A stretch of 64,000 nt of DNA from an uncultured Bacilli bacterium (GTDB lineage Bacteria > Bacillota_I > Bacilli_A > RF39 > UBA660): positions 14,678 to 78,677 of the forward strand of contig CAKOIE010000002.1 in NCBI GenBank assembly GCA_934086395.1, written 5' to 3'. Under the pieces are notes generated by a model. The model made no database searches. It saw nothing but the letters and a program-made list of their open reading frames with translations, and was not told the origin of the DNA. A program made the translations under genes and the position numbers. Below are positions 10,882-20,823 of this stretch, piece by piece; the first letter of the stretch is position 1; every line of letters begins with the position of its first letter.

Positions 10882-11633
10882 TATTTTTCCTTCTTTCTTT
10901 GAATTTTATATAAAATCTTTAATTGTAATCTATACGGTAAAAATCTAGAAAAGAATATTCCAAGTTTCATCATCATACCAGGAACAATTATCATTTTTCC
11001 CTTTAACGCTTTATCAATTCCATATTTAGCAACATAACTACTACTTAAACTTCTCGTATTAAATCCACCACCAGCTACACTATTAAAATTTGTATTAACC
11101 GGTCCCGGACACAAAGCACTAATTGCAACATTAGATTTCTTAACTTTTAATTCTTCATTAATTGCCATCGTAAGTTTAAGAACATAATTCTTAGTTGCAT
11201 AATAAGTATTTAAATAAGGCCCAGCAAAAAATCCCGCTGATGATGCTACATTAAGAATCTTACCTTTATTATATTTAACCATATCTTTTAAAAATAGTTT
11301 AGTTAAAATATGTAAAGCCTTTATATTAACATCTATCATTTCTAATTCTTTATCCAAGTTAGTTTCATCAAAAAATCCAAATAATCCAAAGCCAGCATTA
11401 TTTATAAGAAAATCAATTTTTTCACCCTTAACTTTTTCATACAACTTATAAACATTAGCATCAATCGATAAATCATAATCATATATCGCTTTTGCGTTTT
11501 TACATAAATCAGCAACCTCTTGAAGTCTTTCTTTATTTCTACCTACCAAAAAAACCTCATATCCTAAACTATCTAAATAAATAGCCATATCTTTACCTAT
11601 ACCTGAAGATGCTCCAGTAATTAATGCTTTCAT
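10881..11633 (-). CDS. SDR family oxidoreductase
   Basis: TGASSGIG dinucleotide-binding motif. Confidence 0.75.
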   Translation of the reverse strand: MKALITGASSGIGKDMAIYLDSLGYEVFLVGRNKERLQEVADLCKNAKAIYDYDLSIDANVYKLYEKVKGEKIDFLINNAGFGLFGFFDETNLDKELEMIDVNIKALHILTKLFLKDMVKYNKGKILNVASSAGFFAGPYLNTYYATKNYVLKLTMAINEELKVKKSNVAISALCPGPVNTNFNSVAGGGFNTRSLSSSYVAKYGIDKALKGKMIIVPGMMMKLGIFFSRFLPYRLQLKILYKIQRKKEK

Positions 11634-12244
11634 TCTATTTCTCTCCTATTCAAATAATTAATTCCTATTAATAATACTACAAATCCCCACAAGAAACCAC
11701 CTATTACATCCGAAAAATAGTGTACACCCAAATATATTCTACTCATACCAATCAAAATAACTAATAAGCCAAGTAAAGAAATAATCACTCTTTTAATATT
11801 TATATTAATTTTACTTTTATAAATAAAATAGCAAATTATCCCATAAAAAACAAAAGATGTCATTGAATGTCCTGAAGGAAAACTAAAATTATTCTCACTT
11901 ACCAACCATAAACTTATATTAGGTCTTTCTCTTTTAACAATTATTTTTAATAATGAGTTTACAAATGAACTACACGCTGAAAAAAGGACTATTCTAAAAC
12001 ATTTATTATTTTTCTTAACAATTCCATATATAATAGCTAAAACATTAAGAATAACAATAAATTTAACACTCCCCAAAAAAGTAATTACTTTAAAGAAGTT
12101 AGTAAAAAAATCACATTTTAAACTAATTAACAAATTATATATCCAATTATCTATCACTTTGAATTGATTAGCTACAACTAATAATGTCCAAATTAAAGCA
12201 ATAATTATTAACAAAAATTTTAAATATTTATATTCTCTTTTCAT
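11630..12244 (-). CDS. PAP2 family phosphatase (membrane)
   Basis: PAP2 motifs PSGHS and SRIYLGVHYFSDV. Confidence 0.7.
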   Translation of the reverse strand: MKREYKYLKFLLIIIALIWTLLVVANQFKVIDNWIYNLLISLKCDFFTNFFKVITFLGSVKFIVILNVLAIIYGIVKKNNKCFRIVLFSACSSFVNSLLKIIVKRERPNISLWLVSENNFSFPSGHSMTSFVFYGIICYFIYKSKININIKRVIISLLGLLVILIGMSRIYLGVHYFSDVIGGFLWGFVVLLIGINYLNRREIE

Positions 12245-12283
12245 AATTAAAATTATATAACATCAATCATAAAATATCTATAA

Positions 12284-12718
12284 TTAATACAATTCTTGAC
12301 ATACACCTCTATTCGGTTTATAAAAACAATGATTTTTATAACTACCAGCAAAAGGTTGATCATACCAATTTGCGAGACATGAACTTTTTCCAGGTGCATA
12401 AAACCATAACGCATGAGTTGCCGGATAATAATATTCACCTTTTAAACATCTTTCAGCTAATTGTTTTTCTTTTGTTGTTGCTGTTCCAACAAATAATGAA
12501 CTATTGACTCCACTAAAACCACCAGGATTTTGATTAACTACCCCACTTATACTTCTAATATTTTTAAATGTATAACAAGACGCTATTGCTCTATTAACTA
12601 TAACATTTCCAACCATAAGCATCCCCAAATTTCCTTCAGCTAGCGCCTCAGCCCTCATAAGCCTAGCCATCATATCAAGTTCCTTACTTGTATAATTAAT
12701 TAACATAATAACCACCAT
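12284..12718 (-). CDS. Cell wall hydrolase, SleB/CwlJ (hydrolase_2) family
   Basis: 'LMRAEALAEGNLGMLMVGNVIVNRA' is typical of spore cortex-lytic enzymes. Confidence 0.7.
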   Translation of the reverse strand: MVVIMLINYTSKELDMMARLMRAEALAEGNLGMLMVGNVIVNRAIASCYTFKNIRSISGVVNQNPGGFSGVNSSLFVGTATTKEKQLAERCLKGEYYYPATHALWFYAPGKSSCLANWYDQPFAGSYKNHCFYKPNRGVCQELY

Positions 12719-12746
12719 TTTATTATATGTTTTAACAACAAAAATA

Positions 12747-12774
12747 TTGAAATTATCTAATTTTATGCTATAAT
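12747..12774 (+). promoter_or_regulatory. Sigma-A-type promoter for tRNA-Trp (TTGAAA, 16-nt spacer, TGcTATAAT)
   Basis: Consensus -35 and extended -10 located 14 nt upstream of the tRNA 5' end. Confidence 0.55.
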
Positions 12775-12788
12775 TAATTCATACACAC

Positions 12789-12862
12789 AGGGGTGTGGTA
12801 TAATGGTAGCATAGGAGTCTCCAAAACTTTTGATGGGAGTTCGATTCTCTCCACCCCTGCCA
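12789..12862 (+). tRNA. tRNA-Trp (anticodon CCA)
   Basis: Cloverleaf with acceptor AGGGGTG/CACCCCT, anticodon loop CUCCAAA and a terminal CCA. Closely resembles Bacillus tRNA-Trp. Confidence 0.85.
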
Positions 12863-12877
12863 TGATTGTATATAAAG

Positions 12878-12908
12878 ACACTATTATTTCTTGATAGTGT
12901 TTTTTTAT
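12878..12908 (+). terminator. Intrinsic terminator after tRNA-Trp
   Basis: Hairpin ACACTAT..ATAGTGT followed by TTTTTTT. Confidence 0.6.
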
Positions 12909-12938
12909 TAACAAAAAGATACTATTTAATATAATATC

Positions 12939-14213
12939 TCACTTATTGTACATAAATTTATATTTGTGGATTGTTAATTCCTTTTTTGTTTTATCATACC
13001 TCATAGCATATATTTCATACACACCAGATTCATTAGGAATAGCATTATATTCATTAGTAGTTTTATTATATACTGAATAATATAAATCTTCTTTAGCCCT
13101 AAACTCGGAAGGTAATAATATTTTAAGTTCAGATTTCATTTTAGTACTTAAAATCCAATTCATACTATTTTCAATACTACTAACTAAATTACTAACATCT
13201 TCATTATCATAATAAACATTAATAATAGAATACTCTCTCTTATCATCATCAAAATAATTTCCCCAATAATGAATTTCTAACTCTCCATTGCTAGGTATAT
13301 TAGCATCTATATAATTCCTATAATCATTAATTTTACTATAGTCTTCACTAAAAGTTGGCATCAAACAAAAAGAACCATAAATTAATAATAAAAAAACTAT
13401 TATAAATCCACCAACAATATTTTTAGTACAATTTATTCCTTTATTTTTATATTTATAACCAAGCACTATTGATGTAATTGGAATAGGTAAACAACACCAA
13501 AATATCCAAGTATTTTTTAAAAAATTAAACCCATGTTGAGGATTTAATTCATCAATTACAGAATATAACCATAAAGCGCCCCATAAACTACCAATAGTTA
13601 AAATAAATAAAAAAGTCATAAAATAACTTATTGATAATGTATTATCAATATTTTTAAAATTATCTACTCCTTTAATTTTTGAATTATCTCCTAAATTATT
13701 CTCCAAATTTTTGAACTTACTTCTTATAAAATTAATTAATTCTAAATCACATTTATTTTTTTGTATAATTATAATTATATTCTTATTAGGATATTCAAAA
13801 TAAAAATTAGTATCAGTTTCCACACATCTACTTATTTCAGAGTAATTAATAGTTACAGAACTTTTTTTATGATTAATTATAATATAATCTTCATAAAACT
13901 CATTTTCACCACTAACCTCTGCCATACCTTTTTTAATTCTATTATTTTGAAATCTTTCAGTTACAGATTCTAAACAAGTTTTATAATAAATAAAAATATA
14001 TATTTCTAATAAAACAAAGAAAATTAAACTAATAATCCAATTTTTAAAAAGTAATGAAATAAAACCTGTTATAACAAAATTTAATAAAGTTTCTAATTTA
14101 ATATATACCCAATATATTCTTTTTGGAAAATACTTTGCCATTTTACTATACTCATATCCATCAGTTATACTTTCACATTTATATAAACATCTATTCTTTT
14201 TTTCTTTATTCAT
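12939..14213 (-). CDS. Membrane protein, hypothetical
   Basis: Several transmembrane helices. No family call. Confidence 0.45.
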   Translation of the reverse strand: MNKEKKNRCLYKCESITDGYEYSKMAKYFPKRIYWVYIKLETLLNFVITGFISLLFKNWIISLIFFVLLEIYIFIYYKTCLESVTERFQNNRIKKGMAEVSGENEFYEDYIIINHKKSSVTINYSEISRCVETDTNFYFEYPNKNIIIIIQKNKCDLELINFIRSKFKNLENNLGDNSKIKGVDNFKNIDNTLSISYFMTFLFILTIGSLWGALWLYSVIDELNPQHGFNFLKNTWIFWCCLPIPITSIVLGYKYKNKGINCTKNIVGGFIIVFLLLIYGSFCLMPTFSEDYSKINDYRNYIDANIPSNGELEIHYWGNYFDDDKREYSIINVYYDNEDVSNLVSSIENSMNWILSTKMKSELKILLPSEFRAKEDLYYSVYNKTTNEYNAIPNESGVYEIYAMRYDKTKKELTIHKYKFMYNK

Positions 14214-14330
14214 ATTTACCTCACTTACATTTCCAAATAAACCTATCTAATTTAATTGTACCACATATATTTTAGAAATCCCTACATTAATTTTATTGAA
14301 AAGAAAAAATAGTTTTTTAGAACTATCTTT

Positions 14331-14906
14331 TTATATAAAATTACTAAATCTATTATATTCTTCTTTTAAGTATTTAACTACATTATTAATATTCTTTTTA
14401 AAGATAATAATATCTATTAAAGATGAAATACTTGAAACAACAATTATAATTCCTAAACTAATTGTAATAGCACTTACGCTTTCTACTGGATTAATTAATA
14501 AGATAACACCACATATTACAGTAATAATATTAGTTATTAATGATAGGATAAAATATGGTTCATCTTTCATATAAATATCTAATCTAATTTTAAAGATACC
14601 TGATATTAAGAACCATAGTCCTAAGAATATTGGTAGTATTACTTTTAATGTAACTGGATTTAAAATTATTAAGATACCTATTAAAGTTAAAAGAATTGCA
14701 TATAGAAATACGTTAATAAAGATATTTTTTGTTTTAGAATCAATAATAAATAGATAAATACCTGATACTATAAGAGATGCTCCAATTAGATAAGATATAA
14801 TATTAAAAGATATATCTGGTTTAACTATTAAGATACCTCCTACTAATAAGAATACGATTGTTAGTATTATTCCTGAGTTTAAATACTTGTTTAATTTGTT
14901 TAACAT
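14331..14906 (-). CDS. HdeD/DUF308-like small membrane protein
   Basis: Six short transmembrane helices in an HdeD-like arrangement. Confidence 0.45.
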   Translation of the reverse strand: MLNKLNKYLNSGIILTIVFLLVGGILIVKPDISFNIISYLIGASLIVSGIYLFIIDSKTKNIFINVFLYAILLTLIGILIILNPVTLKVILPIFLGLWFLISGIFKIRLDIYMKDEPYFILSLITNIITVICGVILLINPVESVSAITISLGIIIVVSSISSLIDIIIFKKNINNVVKYLKEEYNRFSNFI

Positions 14907-14929
14907 TTTTTACCTCTTTCTTTTCTTTT

Positions 14930-17900
14930 TTATTTGAACAAGTTTTTAATTCTTGTCCATAAATTTGTTTTAGATGTCTCTTCAGTTACGTTTGTTTTTT
15001 CTTCTTGTTTTTCTTTACCATCTAACACTATTATAAACTTGGTTTCATCATTTATGCTAGTACCTTTTGATGCATATGATGTATAGTTGTCAGCAAGTTT
15101 ACTTAATGCTTCTACTCTAGCTTTTGATGAAGCAATAGGTCCATTAACTAATGCTGATATTTCTTCAATACCTTCTTTGTTAAATGTTGTAATACCAGTT
15201 GATAATGTGTTCATATTTGAATCGATATAATCAATATTTGTATATAATGTATTTAGTGATGAAGTAAATGATTTAATTGATTCATTTTTAACTTGATTAG
15301 ATAAAGTTGGGGCTAAAGTATTTACAATTGATTCAGCAGTGCTCATAGCTGTTTCTTCAGCAACTGTTGATGCTACACTTTTAGAAACTTTTTCAGCAAT
15401 ATAATTAGTTGTATTTGTAGTAAGTGATGTTATTTCTTGTTTTAAAGTTAAAGCAAAAGCATTTATTTTATCAATATCATAATTATTTTGAATTAGATAT
15501 GCGCATGATTCCATATTACCACTTACACATAACATATATTTATTTAAGGCTTCTTCACTACCTAAATAAGATAATAATATTTTTGATACAGTTTTAGTTG
15601 CTAAGTCAGTAACATAAGTATCATTTGAATTTTTCAAGTTTTCTTCTACTTTAATCCATGCACTTTCACTTAATTTCTTTTTATAATCATTAGTAAAAGT
15701 ATTTTGAACAGTATGCATAGTTTGAGTTCTAATACCAGCAAGAGTATTTTCATCTAAAGCATCTTCATTATTATTTTTTAAATTGTTAATTGAAGATGAT
15801 AAAGAATTTTTTAATTTATTAATTCCTTTAGATAAGTCACTTGCACCAGTATCAATCTTATTCATATTAGTTTGTAATTCATCTACTTTAGAGTTTAAGC
15901 CATCTAATTTATTAAAAACAGACAAGTCAGTATCAGAAAGTAATTTATTAGTTGCAACAAAGTACATTGTTGGTAATTTAAAATTATCAGTTTCATAAGA
16001 TAGAGTTAATGTATTTAAAGAAGATAGTTCACTTATATTTAAACTTCTATTTAAGTATGGTGAAGAGATACCAACAACTATATTTTTATTTCCACTAGCA
16101 ACTACTTTACCATTATTAATTTTTATATTTGTAGCACTACTATCTAACATAGTTCCCATAGTTACTAAAAATGGTGTATACATAGTTTCTTGTTTTCCAT
16201 TAACTAAAGCATTATGTTTTTCATTATTAGTAAAATTAATTACGATTTTAATTTTACCTGATTTACCTAAGATATTATCTAAAGATTCTTCTTTTCCATC
16301 TAGATAATATTTAATGTTAACTCCTATCGGTAATGTTTTTTTACTAGTTCCTTGATAGAATACATCTTTTCCTAGGACATTAATTGTTATATTTTTATTT
16401 AATTTAGTTATTTCATCGTTTGATGAGATATTTAAAATATCTTCTAATTCAGTATAATCTTCGATGGTATCTAATTTTTTAGTATTTTTTATTTGTTCAT
16501 TAACTGTTGTACTTATAACATTACCGTTTTCATCTATTTTAGAATAAACAGTTTCATTTTTAGTATTGGCAAAAACACATAAGGGGCTTAGCATAGCAAC
16601 TGTTAATACGGCTAAATTTAATTTTTTCATTTTATTTCCTTTCATATTAGTTTTATTTATTATGTTATCAAATATAAGTAGAATTGATGGTAAAATAGTT
16701 AAAACGAATAACATACTTATTAGGGCTCCTCTACTTATTAAGTTACAAATTGAACCAATCATTTCAATTTTAGAATATACTCCTACTCCAAATGTAGCAG
16801 CAAAGAAACAAGCCGCACTTACTAGAACAGAATGTCCACAGTAATTTAAAGTATTAATCATACATTCTTTTTTACTCTTATTAGTTTTACGATTATTTAC
16901 ATATGTTGTAGTTATTAAAATAGCATAATCAATTGTTGCACCTAATTGGATTGTTCCTAAAACGATGGGAGCAATAAATGGTAGAACACTTCCTGTAAAG
17001 TATGAAATGCTCATGTTAGCAAAAATAGCTCCTTCAATAACAATTATTAGTAAGAATGGTAAGGAGAAATTCTTTAATATAATAAATAGGATTAAGAAAA
17101 TACATAATATTGATGAATAGTTAACATTTTTAAAGTCAGTATCACAAATTGTTACTAAATCTTTCATTAAGGCTCCTTCTCCAGCAACTATTCCATTTTG
17201 ATCATATTTCTTAACTATTTTATTTATTTCTTCGATTTGATTATTTAATTCATTAGTTGCAACATCATATTCAGAATTTATTAATATTAAGTTATATTTA
17301 TCACTATCAAATAAGTTAATCATATTATCTGATAGACCATATTCTACTAATTTGGTTGTTGATAAGGTTAAATCGATTCCTTTTAATGATGATAATTCAT
17401 TGGTTAAATTTGTTAAGTCATCTGTTTTTAGATTTTTATCTACTAAGATAATTTGAGGACTAACTATATTATATTTTTCTTTTAATAATTCATTTGTTTT
17501 AACACTTTCTAAATAACTTGGAAGTGATCTATCTAACTTATAATATACTTCTACTTTATTATTGGCTAAGTAAAGAGGTATTAATAATATAATGAATATT
17601 ACAAAGAATGCTTTGTTGTGATTTACTATAAATGTATTTATTTTATTAAAGTTTGGCATTAACTTTTTATGTTTTGTTTTTGTTACTTGTTTATCAAAGA
17701 ATAATAATAAACTTGGGAAGATAGTAAGTACTGAGATAATTCCTAGTAATACACCTTTAGCCATAACTATTCCGAGGTCAGTACCTAACGTTAACTTCAT
17801 TGTACATAAGACTAAGAAACCCGCAATTGTTGTTAAGGATGATCCTACTACTGATGTAAATGTTTCAGAGATAGCTTCTTCCATAGCCTTTTCTTTACTC

Positions 17901-18682
17901 ATTTTTTCTTTTTTATCTTCATAAGCATGATATAAAAATATTGAGTAATCAGTTGTTACACCTAATTGTAAAACAGCAACTAACGCTTTGGTTATATATG
18001 AGATATCTCCTAAGAATACGTTGGTACCAAAGTTGAACATAATAGCCATTCCTATGTTAGCAAGTAAAAGAATTGGTACAACATATGAATCAAGAGATAA
18101 CTCAAGAACTAATAAACAAAGAACAACTGCAATTATTACATAAATAGTTATTTCTTCATTAGATAAGTTCATTGTATCTAAGACCATTGAACTCATACCA
18201 CCTTGCATTAATTTGTGATCTGTGATATTTCTTATTTCTTCTACAGCATTAATGGTTCTTTCATCACTTGTTGAATACTTGAAAGTTATAAACATTAAGT
18301 CGGTATTATCTTGATGAATTTTATCTTTAATTTCTGATGGTAAAACATCAATTGGTATGTTAGTTCCTAATACATCATAGATACTTAAAACTTCATTTAC
18401 TCCTTCAACTTTAGTAATTTTATCTTTTAAGTTTAATATTTCTTTAGGAGATAAATTTTCAGCAACTACCATAGAATAAGAACCCATATTAAATTCATCA
18501 GTTAAGATATCTTGTCCTTTAATAGTATCTATTTCACTTGGCAAATAAACTAAGATATTGTAATTTATTGTTGTTAGTTTCATACCAATAAATGATAGAG
18601 CTAAAAGGATACATGATATAATTAACACTTTTGTTTTATTGTTAATTATAAATTTACTTATTTTTTTCATTTTTCCCTCCAC
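14930..18682 (-). CDS. MMPL/RND-superfamily transporter with a YhgE/Pip-like central extracytoplasmic domain
   Basis: Two blocks of about 6 transmembrane helices resembling MMPL domains. A long coiled-coil-like Ser/Asn/Thr-rich middle domain is reminiscent of YhgE/Pip. A divergent TetR gene lies upstream. Confidence 0.65.
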   Translation of the reverse strand: MEGKMKKISKFIINNKTKVLIISCILLALSFIGMKLTTINYNILVYLPSEIDTIKGQDILTDEFNMGSYSMVVAENLSPKEILNLKDKITKVEGVNEVLSIYDVLGTNIPIDVLPSEIKDKIHQDNTDLMFITFKYSTSDERTINAVEEIRNITDHKLMQGGMSSMVLDTMNLSNEEITIYVIIAVVLCLLVLELSLDSYVVPILLLANIGMAIMFNFGTNVFLGDISYITKALVAVLQLGVTTDYSIFLYHAYEDKKEKMSKEKAMEEAISETFTSVVGSSLTTIAGFLVLCTMKLTLGTDLGIVMAKGVLLGIISVLTIFPSLLLFFDKQVTKTKHKKLMPNFNKINTFIVNHNKAFFVIFIILLIPLYLANNKVEVYYKLDRSLPSYLESVKTNELLKEKYNIVSPQIILVDKNLKTDDLTNLTNELSSLKGIDLTLSTTKLVEYGLSDNMINLFDSDKYNLILINSEYDVATNELNNQIEEINKIVKKYDQNGIVAGEGALMKDLVTICDTDFKNVNYSSILCIFLILFIILKNFSLPFLLIIVIEGAIFANMSISYFTGSVLPFIAPIVLGTIQLGATIDYAILITTTYVNNRKTNKSKKECMINTLNYCGHSVLVSAACFFAATFGVGVYSKIEMIGSICNLISRGALISMLFVLTILPSILLIFDNIINKTNMKGNKMKKLNLAVLTVAMLSPLCVFANTKNETVYSKIDENGNVISTTVNEQIKNTKKLDTIEDYTELEDILNISSNDEITKLNKNITINVLGKDVFYQGTSKKTLPIGVNIKYYLDGKEESLDNILGKSGKIKIVINFTNNEKHNALVNGKQETMYTPFLVTMGTMLDSSATNIKINNGKVVASGNKNIVVGISSPYLNRSLNISELSSLNTLTLSYETDNFKLPTMYFVATNKLLSDTDLSVFNKLDGLNSKVDELQTNMNKIDTGASDLSKGINKLKNSLSSSINNLKNNNEDALDENTLAGIRTQTMHTVQNTFTNDYKKKLSESAWIKVEENLKNSNDTYVTDLATKTVSKILLSYLGSEEALNKYMLCVSGNMESCAYLIQNNYDIDKINAFALTLKQEITSLTTNTTNYIAEKVSKSVASTVAEETAMSTAESIVNTLAPTLSNQVKNESIKSFTSSLNTLYTNIDYIDSNMNTLSTGITTFNKEGIEEISALVNGPIASSKARVEALSKLADNYTSYASKGTSINDETKFIIVLDGKEKQEEKTNVTEETSKTNLWTRIKNLFK

Positions 18683-18841
18683 TTAATAATAATATACTTA
18701 TGAAACTAAATTAACACCAACATGTTAATATTTTTGTTTGATAAGCAACATAATTATGAATATGTATTAATAAATAATAGACTAATGTTGTTTTACTTTT
18801 AATTTTTAATAAACTGATGTATCATTAAATTGGTGAATTAA

Positions 18842-19405
18842 ATGGAAAAGAAAGAAGATTTAAGAATTACTAAGACTAAAAAGTTATTATATGAAGCCCT
18901 TTTAAAGGAAATGGAAACAAAAGCTTTTGAAGATATAAAAGTAAATGATCTATGTACTATAAGTATGATTAATAGATCAACATTTTATTCTCATTATAAT
19001 GATAAATATGATTTATTTGTTGATTTACTTAATACTTTAAAAAAAGAACTATTTGATAAGCTAGATGAAAATAAATATATTGTTAGTACTAAAGAATATT
19101 ATATGGAACTAATTAGACTATTACTTGACCATTTAGAAGAACATAAAAATATATATTATTCTATAATTTTAAGTAATAGAAATAGTTTAGTTGTTGATAT
19201 CATTTTAGATACTACAATTAAAGATATTAATAAAAGATTAAATATTAGTAATATTGATAGAAAAAGTGTTCCAGCTGATGTAATTGTTAATTTTTATTTA
19301 GGTGCTGTTTCAATGGTTGGACTTAATTATTTAAAGAGTGATAATAAATATAGTAAACAAGATATTATTAATTATTTGAGTGTGCTTATTCCAGATAATA
19401 TTTAA
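18842..19405 (+). CDS. TetR/AcrR family transcriptional regulator
   Basis: N-terminal HTH 'DIKVNDLCTISMINRSTFYSHYNDKYDL'. Divergent from the MMPL transporter gene. Confidence 0.75.
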   Translation: MEKKEDLRITKTKKLLYEALLKEMETKAFEDIKVNDLCTISMINRSTFYSHYNDKYDLFVDLLNTLKKELFDKLDENKYIVSTKEYYMELIRLLLDHLEEHKNIYYSIILSNRNSLVVDIILDTTIKDINKRLNISNIDRKSVPADVIVNFYLGAVSMVGLNYLKSDNKYSKQDIINYLSVLIPDNI

Positions 19406-19424
19406 TAATTATTTTATGTCAATT

Positions 19425-19449
19425 GTGTCGCCAATGGCGACACTTTTTT
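19425..19449 (+). terminator. Intrinsic terminator of the TetR gene (GTGTCGCC-AAT-GGCGACAC then TTTTTT)
   Basis: 8-bp GC-rich perfect stem, 3-nt loop and T-run, 20 nt after the TetR stop. Confidence 0.7.
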
Positions 19450-19560
19450 ATATAACAATATTTGTTCCAACTTAATTGGTGCTACAATGTCGCACCTTTT
19501 TCAATTAACAAATAAATTGTTTATCATTTCAAAATTATAACATTTTTTAATTTGATTAAT

Positions 19561-19902
19561 CTAATAATTTATTTCATTGTATTTATAAAGAGATAATAAC
19601 AATCTACAGTTTGACCATGACAATTGTGTCCCCACTGGGGACACTTTTTCATCACTAAATACTTTATAAAACTGTTTCATTCTAAATAATGTACGCCGAT
19701 TATATTTTTTACCTACTTCTACAACTAATCTTTTAGAATATTCATCAATTATATTATCGCCATATTTACCACCAGCTTCGGTTAATAATCTACCTATTTC
19801 AAAATAAGTATTCACAGTATTTCTTTCTTTTGAATAATCTTTTACTTTAGAGTATATTTCATTATCTATTATTTTATTTTTTATTTCTTCATAATAATTC
19901 AT
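19561..19902 (-). pseudogene. Truncated DUF1016 (YhcG-like) gene, N-terminal 113-aa fragment
   Basis: The first 68 codons are nearly identical in DNA to the two full-length copies. The ORF stops prematurely before the PD-(D/E)xK domain. Confidence 0.65.
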
Positions 19903-19917
19903 TTATCTTCCTTCTTT

Positions 19918-20808
19918 CTATACTAATTCATAATTTCTAGCTATAATTCTTTTATCACTACAATATTCAATAATATATTCATTATTTTCTCTACATACAA
20001 TTATTCCAATTGTTTTATCTTGATTTGATTTCTTTAAATTATTATCTATATAATTCATATATATTTCTATTTGTCCAATATGTTCTTTCTTTAGTTTTGC
20101 AACTTTAAGTTCTACTACAACATAACAATTAAACTCTATGTTATATAGTAATAAATCAATATAATTATATCTATCACCTAATTTTATAGGATACTCATTA
20201 CTAATAAAGCTAAAGCCTGATCCTAGTTCTTGCATAAAATTTTTAATATCTTCTAATATAATTTGTTGCAATACTTTTTCGGATATTTCAATATATTTAT
20301 TTGTATTTTTAATCAATATTGGATTCTTTACTAAATCAGGTAATAATGGTTCTTCATTTGCAATAAGTTTAGTCTTAGCGCTTTCATTTAATCTTTCGTA
20401 TTCTTTGAATTTAATTTTTTCGTCTAATTGTCTTTTTGTTAAATTATATTTTATACATTCATTAGCGTAATAGTTAATTTCGTCATAATTTCTTAATGGA
20501 ATTAAAAGTAAACAATTGCTCCAAGATAATTGTCGCACCAATGGAGCGACTTTTTCATTACTAAAAATTTTAAATAATTGTTTCATTTTGTATAAGGTTT
20601 TAGTATTATACTTTTTGCCTACTTCTACAACTAATCTTTTAGAATATTCATCAATAATATTATCGCCATATTTACCACCTGCTTCATTTAATAATCTTCC
20701 TATTTCAAAATAAGTATTTACAGTATTTCTTTCTTTTGAATAATCTTTTACTTTAGAGTATATTTCATTATCTATTATTTTATTTTTTATTTCTTCATAA
20801 TAATTCAT
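19918..20808 (-). CDS. DUF1016/YhcG-like PD-(D/E)xK nuclease family protein (copy B)
   Basis: N-terminal DUF1016_N-like region with a QLSWSN motif. C-terminal PD-(D/E)xK-like 'YIDLLLYN...YVVVELK'. The C-terminal 150 aa are identical to copy A. Confidence 0.7.
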   Translation of the reverse strand: MNYYEEIKNKIIDNEIYSKVKDYSKERNTVNTYFEIGRLLNEAGGKYGDNIIDEYSKRLVVEVGKKYNTKTLYKMKQLFKIFSNEKVAPLVRQLSWSNCLLLIPLRNYDEINYYANECIKYNLTKRQLDEKIKFKEYERLNESAKTKLIANEEPLLPDLVKNPILIKNTNKYIEISEKVLQQIILEDIKNFMQELGSGFSFISNEYPIKLGDRYNYIDLLLYNIEFNCYVVVELKVAKLKKEHIGQIEIYMNYIDNNLKKSNQDKTIGIIVCRENNEYIIEYCSDKRIIARNYELV

Positions 20809-20823
20809 TTATCTTCCTTCTTT

